From the IMG/VR virus record IMGVR_UViG_3300034375_010798: DNA of 64,000 bases, one strand, 5' to 3'. Position 1 is the stretch's first letter; each line of letters begins with the position of its first letter. Of this stretch, positions 1 through 8,490 are shown piece after piece. The notes beneath the pieces are model-generated. The model worked only from the letters and a program-made list of their open reading frames with translations, was not told where the DNA came from and made no database searches. The position numbers and the translations under genes are program-made. Origin of the DNA: a virus.

Positions 1-133
1 TGTATTTTCATATGAACAAACAAAAATAGGTGTGATAGTGAAATGCATTTCCGTCCGTGAAGATGTATTTAATGGTAATAACTCTTCTGAACATGGTGAA
101 TCAAAAGAATCTGATTCTCAATATCCTTATTAG
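1..133 (+). CDS. 3' end of upstream gene (partial; possibly neck/head-closure protein)
   Basis: Open frame from nt 2 (VFSYEQTKIGVIVKCISVRED...YPY) ending TAG at 131-133, 9 nt before the next gene; function inferred from position only. Confidence 0.45.
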   Translation, partial: VFSYEQTKIGVIVKCISVREDVFNGNNSSEHGESKESDSQYPY

Positions 134-142
134 AGATTTTAA

Positions 143-964
143 ATGGCAGATAGAAAAAGTATAAGATCAGAATCAATAGAGGTGGATGAGGTTAATATTT
201 TATCAATAGATAAAGCTGTGTTTGATTGGTTTGATAAAAAACACCCAACTATGATAAAAGGTCGTAAAGTGCCTGTTTTATTTGGTGGTTGGGAAAGATT
301 TGTTCAGATGCAAGGTAATAAGGAAGATGAAAATCTTAACAACCTTAGAGATCATAAGGGTATGTTAAAACTACCTATTATATCTATTCGTAGAGGTGAT
401 ATAGAACCCAACAATGATAGATATAGAAAACTAACAACAGATGGTGAACCAAGTATAGTAATAAAAAAAGAAATTGCAAAGAGTAAGTTTGATAATAGAA
501 GAGTTCCTTTTAATACACCATATGTTGATGATAATGGTATACCGAGAGAAGAAGCTCCTGTTTATGAAGTTCATAGAATGCCTTTTCCAGATTTTATAAA
601 TGTTCCTTATACGATAACTTTTTGGTCATCTTATATAAAAGATGCTAATTTATTTAGTGATAAAATATGGGGTCAATATTTTATTGAAGATATGGAATAT
701 AAGGGTTTTTATTTTTATGCTAAATTTAATACTTCAAGCAATGATAGTAATACACAGGATTTTTCTGGTGAGGAAAGAATTATTAGAACCACTTATGAAC
801 TGCAATTAGAAGCATATTTATTGAATAAGGCAGAAATAAAGATTGATAGAACACCTGCAAAGATTGTTATGGAAGAAAATGTTGTTAATTCAGACGAAAT
901 TGACCTTCAAGGAAAAACATTAGATGATATAATAGGGAGTATAAAAAAAGTTTATACTGCATAA
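143..964 (+). CDS. Putative tail terminator / tail completion protein (T4 gp15-like position)
   Basis: 273 aa; LPIISIRRGDI, PDFINVPYTITFW and ERIIRTTYELQLEAYL segments resemble the tail-completion family of large myoviruses; position before fibres and sheath. Confidence 0.5.
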   Translation: MADRKSIRSESIEVDEVNILSIDKAVFDWFDKKHPTMIKGRKVPVLFGGWERFVQMQGNKEDENLNNLRDHKGMLKLPIISIRRGDIEPNNDRYRKLTTDGEPSIVIKKEIAKSKFDNRRVPFNTPYVDDNGIPREEAPVYEVHRMPFPDFINVPYTITFWSSYIKDANLFSDKIWGQYFIEDMEYKGFYFYAKFNTSSNDSNTQDFSGEERIIRTTYELQLEAYLLNKAEIKIDRTPAKIVMEENVVNSDEIDLQGKTLDDIIGSIKKVYTA

Positions 965-980
965 TTTGGGGAAGTTATAA

Positions 981-3536
981 ATGGCGTTAGTAAGTGAAAT
1001 TCAACTTCAGAATGGCGTAGTAGTTCCAGAAAAAATAAATGATACTAGGGTTTTTACAATGGCTGGCCTTAGTGCTACTCAAGCAATAGCTATTGGGGAA
1101 ACACTACCTATAGATACAACTGTTAATCAGTTTGTAATAAAGAGCGGTAATAACATTGGGGTTTCTTTAGATTCATCAAACCTAGATGGGTCTGTTGATT
1201 TTACTATGAATAATGATAGTAATATAGCGTGGAATATCAATGTTTCTAATGATAATAACGATTCTTTTATATTAAGAGGTAAAGATATAACAGACTCTTA
1301 TTTTACCCATCTCTCAATTACTAAAACTGGTAATTTTGGAATAGGAACATCAACTCCTTCAACAAACACTATTGGCGACTTCATAGCCAACAATTCTGCA
1401 TCAGCCAACATAACCTTAAGAAACACAACAGATGGAACAATATTAAAGTTAGGTGCTGAAACAAATAAAATAACTCTAGGCTCAGAGAGTAACAACAATG
1501 TAGATTTAAAAGTCAATGACCTCACTGTTGGAACATTTTCTAGTGGTGGTTTAGATTTAGCTGAAGGAACTCAATTTACAGTAAATGGCGTTCAAGTTTT
1601 AGGTGGGTTTGCTGAAACATTGAAAGGTTGGCCTTCTTTAACTGTTACTGGTTATGATGCATATAAGATTTATTTCTTAGATTTAGATGAACAAAAATAT
1701 GTTTGGGATATTCAGTATGCTAAAAGAGTTATGAGAAAAACAAGTTGGTATAATGAGTTAGGTTGGCCTACACAATATGGCTTTTTAACAGTTAGTGAAA
1801 ACAGAGATGAAGTTAGATGGATTGATAGAAGTGACACAGGAACACAAACTTATATATCTTTTGAAAGAGCTTCGGGTAATGTTTTAGGTAACTCCATTGT
1901 TAACGATATATTCTTTTTAGATTTTATACTTTATATAGCTACAAACGAAGGTCTTATAATAGTTGATTTTATAAAAGACCAAATGACAAGGATAGACGGC
2001 ACACCACAAACTTATAAGTGGGACCAACCAATATCTGATAGAAACTCTGGTAATGGTAATTGGGTTGTTACTAATAATGCGTCTGGTTTGCCAGATTCAA
2101 ATGTAAACGATTTAAGTGTTGTTAGAGATCTGTTAGGTGAAGAAGATCTGTTTGGACGACCTTACCACTATTCAGCAATTTCTACGGGATCTGGAACTGA
2201 TGGCACCTCAACTGGTGATATAGTTCTAATGAAACCTTCGGAACAAACAGAAAATTATATGTGGATAAGTCAGTTGTCTAAAAACATTAAGGGTGGTAAA
2301 ATATTAAGAACAGATAATATGTGGTGGATAGTTGATGGAACAACAGAAGACCAATTATATTTTTCAGATGAAGTTAATGAAATAAAAACTAATGGTTATG
2401 GAGAATATTATTTCTCACCATCTCAAACATTGGGTAGAAAATTAATAGCAAATTCAACAGATCATCTTAATTTATTAGAAGGATTTCCTCAAGGTTTTCT
2501 TGATGGAAGTGTAGCTATTTTTTCATATGCTGAAAGTAATGGATTATATATTATACATAATGACTTAAAAAAACCAAATGAGTCTGCTCACATAATTGTT
2601 CGGAGCGATTATATAACTCCTTATATGAAAGCTGATAGAGTTGCTGCATGGCCTTTGGGTGATTTAAATGATGTTAGTGGAAATAGTTTAAATCTAACAA
2701 ACAATAATACAGTAACATTTAGTAATTCATCTGCTGTTTATAATAACAAAGCTACATTTGATGGTATTAATAAATATTTATCTGCTAATAGTTCTAGTTT
2801 TTCATCTGGAACTGATCCTTTTATGTTAAGTTTATGGGTTAAATCAAATACAACATCTAATCCGGGGTTGAAAGTATATCCAATTCAATTTTATGACACA
2901 GCAGATAATTTTATTTCTTTATATTTTACTCAATCTACAGGATATATGGGTATAGAAGTTCAAGATGGTAGTGGCTCTATAACAACATTAGAAACACCAT
3001 ACGACGCATATGACGCAGAATGGCATCATGTTGTTTTACAAAGAAATACAGATGATGAATTAGTAGAGTTTTGGGTTGATGGTATTTTAATAGGATCTTC
3101 TGCTTTTGTAGCATCTGCAGTGTCTAATCCTACAAACATATCTATTGGTGGCAATTATGATCAAACCGCAATGTTTAACGGAGAAGTTTCAAGTGTTTAT
3201 TTCGGAAAACAATCTTATATGAAGAGAAGAGAAATACAAGGTGATTATTATAGAGGTAAAAAATTCTTAGATGGAATGAACACAATGTTAACCTCTAATG
3301 ATATTGACTCAATAAAAGTAGATATAGATAGTGGTTTTTGTGCAGTTGTTGTTGATAATATAGTCAACTTTGTTGATGTTAAAACTGGTTTGGTTTATTT
3401 TGTAGATAATACAACTGGTATAGGAAGTGTATTAGACGCAGATATAAGAACATTAAATGGAGCTTTTGATCCTCACTATCTTGTAGGAGCCACAGACGCT
3501 GTTAAAATATTTGCAGTAAACACCATTGTTTCATAG
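981..3536 (+). CDS. Tail fibre / receptor-binding protein with LamG (concanavalin-like) domain
   Basis: 851 aa; N-terminal about 200 aa paralogous to 8491 (MALVSEIQLQN vs MALISEIQLQN); GNFGIGT fibre motif; LamG signature FMLSLWVK...WHHVVLQR...FWVDG...FNGEVSSV. Confidence 0.75.
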   Translation: MALVSEIQLQNGVVVPEKINDTRVFTMAGLSATQAIAIGETLPIDTTVNQFVIKSGNNIGVSLDSSNLDGSVDFTMNNDSNIAWNINVSNDNNDSFILRGKDITDSYFTHLSITKTGNFGIGTSTPSTNTIGDFIANNSASANITLRNTTDGTILKLGAETNKITLGSESNNNVDLKVNDLTVGTFSSGGLDLAEGTQFTVNGVQVLGGFAETLKGWPSLTVTGYDAYKIYFLDLDEQKYVWDIQYAKRVMRKTSWYNELGWPTQYGFLTVSENRDEVRWIDRSDTGTQTYISFERASGNVLGNSIVNDIFFLDFILYIATNEGLIIVDFIKDQMTRIDGTPQTYKWDQPISDRNSGNGNWVVTNNASGLPDSNVNDLSVVRDLLGEEDLFGRPYHYSAISTGSGTDGTSTGDIVLMKPSEQTENYMWISQLSKNIKGGKILRTDNMWWIVDGTTEDQLYFSDEVNEIKTNGYGEYYFSPSQTLGRKLIANSTDHLNLLEGFPQGFLDGSVAIFSYAESNGLYIIHNDLKKPNESAHIIVRSDYITPYMKADRVAAWPLGDLNDVSGNSLNLTNNNTVTFSNSSAVYNNKATFDGINKYLSANSSSFSSGTDPFMLSLWVKSNTTSNPGLKVYPIQFYDTADNFISLYFTQSTGYMGIEVQDGSGSITTLETPYDAYDAEWHHVVLQRNTDDELVEFWVDGILIGSSAFVASAVSNPTNISIGGNYDQTAMFNGEVSSVYFGKQSYMKRREIQGDYYRGKKFLDGMNTMLTSNDIDSIKVDIDSGFCAVVVDNIVNFVDVKTGLVYFVDNTTGIGSVLDADIRTLNGAFDPHYLVGATDAVKIFAVNTIVS

Positions 3537-3545
3537 GAAAATCAA

Positions 3546-3809
3546 ATGTTAACATATTCAGAAAGATTAAACTTAAAAAGAGTTTTAAACGCCACTGGTG
3601 TTAGCACTGGTGGTAGAGATAATATTAATGTTGCTAATCCTTTAAAGTGGGAAGTAGCAGAGGATGTTATATGGTCAGTTGGTTGGTGGCAAGCCGCCGA
3701 TGGTAGTTGGTGGTTACTTGTTAAAGCAACCGATGTTGATAGTTTCACTAGAGCAGACGCCGATTTCTATATCCCAGCTGGCGATATTGCGGATGTTCCC
3801 CAATCATAG
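3546..3809 (+). CDS. Small hypothetical protein (Trp-rich)
   Basis: 87 aa; AGGA RBS upstream; fills the gap between two large genes exactly. Confidence 0.6.
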   Translation: MLTYSERLNLKRVLNATGVSTGGRDNINVANPLKWEVAEDVIWSVGWWQAADGSWWLLVKATDVDSFTRADADFYIPAGDIADVPQS

Positions 3810-3820
3810 GAGATAAAATA

Positions 3821-6800
3821 ATGTATAAAGTTCTAACTTTTTTGTTTCTTTTTCTTGCCACCTCTGCAGAAGCTCAGTTTGGTGGAGTAAGAACAGTTAT
3901 AGATACACAAAGAGTAGTAAATAAATTTAGCGTCTTTAAGCTCTCAGAAGGTCAAAGATTAGTTGCACCTAAAGCTCTTATTGATAGTATAGGATATAAT
4001 ATAGAGTTAATTGGACCATTAGCTAATATTGATAGTTTAAACGCTACTGATATAGTTTTAACTAACTTATTTTCAGCGAATGCAGAAATAGGTATTATAA
4101 CAAACACAACAAGTATATCTTCACCAAGTGCAGATATTGAAAACGCAGATATTAATGTTTTAACTAATGAAACAAGTATGTCTTCTCCAAGTGCAGATAT
4201 TGAAAACGCAGACATTAATGTTTTAACTAATGAGACAAGTATGAGTTCACCTTCTGCAGATATTGAAAATGCAGATATTAATGTGTTAACTAATGAAACA
4301 AGTATGAGTTCACCATCCGCGGATATTGAAACAGCTATTATTAGAACATTAGATAATGATGAAGTTGGTGCAACTGCAAACATACTTAAGGCTGTGATAA
4401 CCAACTCTACTACTACTGGAAGTAATACTACAAATGATACAATAACAAACGCTAGGATAACAACTTTAACTAATGTTACTTCTATGAGTTCACCTTCTGC
4501 AGATATAGAGAATGCGGATATTAATGTTTTAACTAATGAAACTTCTATGTCATCTCCTTCTGCAGATATTGAAAACGCAGATATTAATGTGTTAACTAAT
4601 GAAACCTCTATGTCTTCACCAAGCGCAGATATTGAAACAGCTATTATTAGAACATTAGATAATGATGAAGTTGGCGCGACAGCAAACATACTTAAGGCTG
4701 TAATAACAAATTCTACTACTACTGGAAGTAATACTACAAATGACACAATAACAAATGCAAGAATAACAACTTTAACTAATGTTACTTCTATGTCTTCTCC
4801 AAGCGCAGATATTGAAAACGCAGACATTAATGTGTTAACTAACGAAACAAGTATGAGTTCTCCTTCTGCAGATATTGAAACAGCTATTATTAGAACATTA
4901 GATAATGATGAGGCTGGTGCAACCGCAAACATACTTAAAGCTGTAATAACAAATTCTACTACTACTGGAAGTAAAACCACAAACGACACAATAACAAATT
5001 TAAATGTAGAAACAAAGTTGGTAACACCTAATATTAATGGTAGTTTAAATGGAACCGCTTGTAGTAATAAAGGTGAAATAAAAACAGATACAGCAGATAA
5101 TAGATTGTATTTCTGCAATGGCTCAACTTGGAATGTTATTGCTTATGATTATGATAAAGATGGGTTAACTGATTTTTTGGATCAGAATGATAATGTGGAT
5201 TTTACAGCAGGGTCAGCCGTTGCTACGGATGTTTTGAGTGGAAAAACATTCTATACAGGAAGTGGAATGATAGAGACAACGGGGAGTATCCCAACTTATA
5301 ATGGAAGTATTTCTAATGGTGGTAGTATATCAAGTGGTTCATATACACCAGCTAATTTTCCATTTACATTACAAACTGATGATGATTATGTAGATAAAAA
5401 CTTAACTATTAACAACCCAACAAACTTATCTGCAACTAATATAAAAAACGGCGTTACAATAGCTGGTGTCACGGGTAATTTTATGAATGGTTCAACAAAT
5501 GGTTTAGCTGATTTATATTTGGCGCCCGGGCAGCCGGATTCGGGTGTGGGTAGATTAGAAAACATATATGTTAACCAAGTTCCAGAATATTGGGGTTTTT
5601 ATGATCGTTTTGGCACTGTTAGACTTGGCCAAATGCCAAAGTTTTTTGGGCCAATGTATAGTGGAGCCTCTAACTTAGGTTTATCTGGAATAGATAATGA
5701 TAAATATAGAGATGGAACTTATGAGCCTGATTTCTCCGGCGGTAATGTTACTATTAACACAAGATTTATTCCCGTAACTCACTCTATTGGAGGCCAAACT
5801 GACACATCAACATATAATCGTGGATCTTTGGTTGAGCATGATATAATACTAAAAGATGATCCAGATTTAATAGGTTCTAATATAGCCAAACAAGCAACTA
5901 TTTTTGGAGTAACAGGAACTATACCTACTTATAATCTATTTGCAACAAACACTCCAGATGGTTATGATGGTATTGTTAGTGGAACTTCTGGAAGTGTTAT
6001 AGCTACTGGAACTATTACGGCATATCAATTACCTTTTTATCTTAATACTGATGAGAAATTTGTTGATCAAAATTATACAATAGGGGCTTTGACAGGAACC
6101 GGAGATATTGACGCTACTGGGGCTTTTATTCGTCAAGGTTATGAAGCTTGGGCTTCTAATGGAACACTTGTAGATGGAACATTAGAATCTTATGAAATTA
6201 GTGATGAGGGAACTTCAGTAGGTGCAGGAGGTGGGTCTTTTTCTGTTACGCCGGGTGGATCAAATACCCTACCTTTACACTTTAACACAGGTAACAGGTA
6301 TGTGGGTTCAGAATTAACAGTTAATGCAATATCTGGAGCTAATGAAACTATTGCCGGTAGTTCTCAAATATTAAATGGTTATGACGCTTACGCCGCTAAT
6401 GCATCTGTTATTGATGGTAATATGACCAATCATGGAGCACAAAGCTTTACTCCAACCGCCGCAGCCCAATCAATAACTGAAGGTTATTATAACGGAGCTG
6501 GAAGTGTAGAGGGGGATGCTGATTTTATTGCTGCTAATATTATAAGCGGGGTTAATATATGGGGTGTGGCAGGATCAGCTGTGGTAGAATCTCACACAGA
6601 AGCCACAGCTGCTGAAAAAGAATTTACCCAAGCTGAGATTAGTTTTTGGAATGGGGGCACATCTCAAGTTCAAGATTTTTCTTCGGCGGTTTTTAATGGT
6701 AAATCAATAACTGGCAATATAACACTGAGGAGAGACACAGATCTTCAACCATCAAATTTTTTAAGTGGTGTTACTATTTATGATATTCCGGGCAGTATAC

Positions 6801-7996
6801 CTACTTGGAGTATTACTGATCTTGATGGTGGGTCCGGAAGTTTAGGAACGGTTGCAACCTATCAATCTGGAGCCACCACCTTTCACTTAAACACTAATGA
6901 CAAATATGTTGATGGTGAAATAACTATAACTGGTGATGCTGATCTAGCAGCTGGTAATATAAAGAGTGGTGTTAATATTTTAGGAGTTACTGGCGCTTAC
7001 CCAAGTGGAAGTTATCCCTTACCGGGCTCTTCGCAGATGACTGACATATCTGCAGGAGTTGTTTTAGATGACTATGAGGGTTGGACACAAACTGGGGCGA
7101 GAGTTGAGGGAACTATGCCTAATAATGGCTCTCAAACTTTCAATAGTGATGGAACTAAAAGCCCAGGATACTACAGCAGTCTAGTTGTCAATGTAATAGC
7201 AGCGGGCACTGGTGATGCCAATGCTGGTGGTGCTCAAATTCTTAGTGGTTATGAAGCTTGGAACGAGTCTGGATCTTTGGTTGACGGCACCATGCCTGAT
7301 CGTGGCAATACAAGTTTTACTCCTTCTACAAGTTCTCAAACTATTGCCGCAGGATACTATAATGGAAGTGGAAGTGTTGGAGCTGTTAACACAACTATTA
7401 ATATGTCAAATAATGGCCAAACTGGTAACTATCAAACAAACATAACTTTAAATAGTGGTAATATGACTACTGTAACTGCGTCTGGAGCATATAGTAATCA
7501 AAGCACTTACAAAGTTGGTTGTGCAAGTTGTAACTCTGAGATTCACACCATAACTGGAAGCGATAATGTGGGAGATATTAATGGAAGCGTTCTAAATGGA
7601 ACAAAATATTATAGAAGGAATGGTAATTCCTTTTCCATCGCGACTGGATCAATGCCTGACCGTGGCAATACAAGCTTTACTCCTTCTACAAGTTCTCAAA
7701 CTATTGATGCAGGATACTATAGTGGCTCTGGTAATGTAGGAGCTGTTAATACAACTATTAATATGTCAAATAATGGTCAAACTAGTAGCTTTCAACCAAG
7801 CATAACTTTAAATAGTGGTAATATGACTACTGTAACTGCATCTGGAGCATATAGTAATCAAAGCAATTACAAAGTTGGTTGTGCAACTTGTAACGAAGGG
7901 TTGACTTCGACATCACCGGCGCAGATATTTGTTGGTCAGACTTTTACGGTGACGGCAAATAACGGAGAAACTAGGGACGTTTCTTGCACACCGTAA
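3821..7996 (+). CDS. Fibre/adhesin-like repetitive protein with N-terminal Sec signal peptide
   Basis: 1391 aa; AGGAG RBS; MYK + hydrophobic VLTFLFLFLA + AEA/Q cleavage site; SSPSADIE repeats; C...LYFCNGSTW knuckle; DxDxDG Ca-binding-like motif; repeated DVLSGKTF / NIKxGVxIxGVTG / GYYxGSG fibre motifs. Confidence 0.7.
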   Translation: MYKVLTFLFLFLATSAEAQFGGVRTVIDTQRVVNKFSVFKLSEGQRLVAPKALIDSIGYNIELIGPLANIDSLNATDIVLTNLFSANAEIGIITNTTSISSPSADIENADINVLTNETSMSSPSADIENADINVLTNETSMSSPSADIENADINVLTNETSMSSPSADIETAIIRTLDNDEVGATANILKAVITNSTTTGSNTTNDTITNARITTLTNVTSMSSPSADIENADINVLTNETSMSSPSADIENADINVLTNETSMSSPSADIETAIIRTLDNDEVGATANILKAVITNSTTTGSNTTNDTITNARITTLTNVTSMSSPSADIENADINVLTNETSMSSPSADIETAIIRTLDNDEAGATANILKAVITNSTTTGSKTTNDTITNLNVETKLVTPNINGSLNGTACSNKGEIKTDTADNRLYFCNGSTWNVIAYDYDKDGLTDFLDQNDNVDFTAGSAVATDVLSGKTFYTGSGMIETTGSIPTYNGSISNGGSISSGSYTPANFPFTLQTDDDYVDKNLTINNPTNLSATNIKNGVTIAGVTGNFMNGSTNGLADLYLAPGQPDSGVGRLENIYVNQVPEYWGFYDRFGTVRLGQMPKFFGPMYSGASNLGLSGIDNDKYRDGTYEPDFSGGNVTINTRFIPVTHSIGGQTDTSTYNRGSLVEHDIILKDDPDLIGSNIAKQATIFGVTGTIPTYNLFATNTPDGYDGIVSGTSGSVIATGTITAYQLPFYLNTDEKFVDQNYTIGALTGTGDIDATGAFIRQGYEAWASNGTLVDGTLESYEISDEGTSVGAGGGSFSVTPGGSNTLPLHFNTGNRYVGSELTVNAISGANETIAGSSQILNGYDAYAANASVIDGNMTNHGAQSFTPTAAAQSITEGYYNGAGSVEGDADFIAANIISGVNIWGVAGSAVVESHTEATAAEKEFTQAEISFWNGGTSQVQDFSSAVFNGKSITGNITLRRDTDLQPSNFLSGVTIYDIPGSIPTWSITDLDGGSGSLGTVATYQSGATTFHLNTNDKYVDGEITITGDADLAAGNIKSGVNILGVTGAYPSGSYPLPGSSQMTDISAGVVLDDYEGWTQTGARVEGTMPNNGSQTFNSDGTKSPGYYSSLVVNVIAAGTGDANAGGAQILSGYEAWNESGSLVDGTMPDRGNTSFTPSTSSQTIAAGYYNGSGSVGAVNTTINMSNNGQTGNYQTNITLNSGNMTTVTASGAYSNQSTYKVGCASCNSEIHTITGSDNVGDINGSVLNGTKYYRRNGNSFSIATGSMPDRGNTSFTPSTSSQTIDAGYYSGSGNVGAVNTTINMSNNGQTSSFQPSITLNSGNMTTVTASGAYSNQSNYKVGCATCNEGLTSTSPAQIFVGQTFTVTANNGETRDVSCTP
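4118..4999 (+). repeat. Intragenic tandem repeat array: 63-bp unit A and 180-bp unit B arranged A3-B-A2-B-A-B'
   Basis: Nine SSPSADIE starts; A = SSPSADIENADINVLTNETSM (21 aa), B = 60 aa; B copies 306 nt apart (4322 vs 4628). Confidence 0.95.
7292..7894 (+). repeat. Intragenic direct repeat, about 243 bp x2 (7292-7534 and 7652-7894)
   Basis: MPDRGNTSFTPSTSSQTI...YKVGCAxCN occurs twice, offset 360 nt, with high DNA identity. Confidence 0.9.
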
Positions 7997-8068
7997 CATA
8001 AATAAATATTTTATATATAATGGTGGTTTTTCTGTAAGATGTGATCCTTAAATTAATGGAGAAAAATA

Positions 8069-8425
8069 ATGGAAGCAGAAAGTTTCGGATTTTTATTAAT
8101 CCAAATAGTAATGATTTCAGCTTTAATAGAGAGAGCAGTTGCTCAAGTTAAAGCTATAATATCAAATAGTTTTTTTAATAAACCATGGCCTGTAATAGCT
8201 TTTATTTTTACAGGTGCTTTAGTATGGGCTTATGATTTAAAGATTGTTGAAAGTATTGTTATGTTAAAACCATCTGATGTTTTATTTATACCCGGTCAAT
8301 TTTTTGATTACATTATAACTACACTCACAATGGCTGGAGGATCTTCTGGTATTGTGGATCTAATGAAATCAATTCAAAAGAAAAGACAGGAGTTGCATGA
8401 AGTAACAATCAAAAAAAATGGGTAA
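8069..8425 (+). CDS. Small membrane protein, holin-like
   Basis: 118 aa; GGAG RBS; 2-3 hydrophobic segments, AGGSSGIVDL motif, basic C-terminus. Confidence 0.55.
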   Translation: MEAESFGFLLIQIVMISALIERAVAQVKAIISNSFFNKPWPVIAFIFTGALVWAYDLKIVESIVMLKPSDVLFIPGQFFDYIITTLTMAGGSSGIVDLMKSIQKKRQELHEVTIKKNG

Positions 8426-8453
8426 ACACTATTTTTATTGGGGAGTGTAGAAG

Positions 8454-8464
8454 TATTTATTATA
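8454..8464 (+). promoter_or_regulatory. Candidate late promoter (TATTTAT motif)
   Basis: TATTTATTATA 37 nt upstream of the 8491 ATG; the same motif lies 27-36 nt upstream of the genes at 26961, 40781 and 42510. Confidence 0.45.
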
Positions 8465-8490
8465 TATAAAATCTTTGGAGAATACTACAA

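Noticed and set aside
4118-4999. Possible CRISPR array
   Set aside because: Repeats are in-frame coding units with synonymous variation and no unique spacers; no cas genes
3952-5118. 388-aa minus-strand ORF and the many other short minus-strand or nested ORFs in the track
   Set aside because: Antisense shadows of repetitive, codon-biased plus-strand genes; no RBS or recognisable motifs; the plus strand is already fully tiled
3821-7996. High density of N-x-S/T sequons suggesting an archaeal or eukaryotic glycoprotein
   Set aside because: Expected from the N/S/T-rich composition and repeat amplification; SD motifs and the sigma factor point to a bacterial host; cannot be supported without statistics
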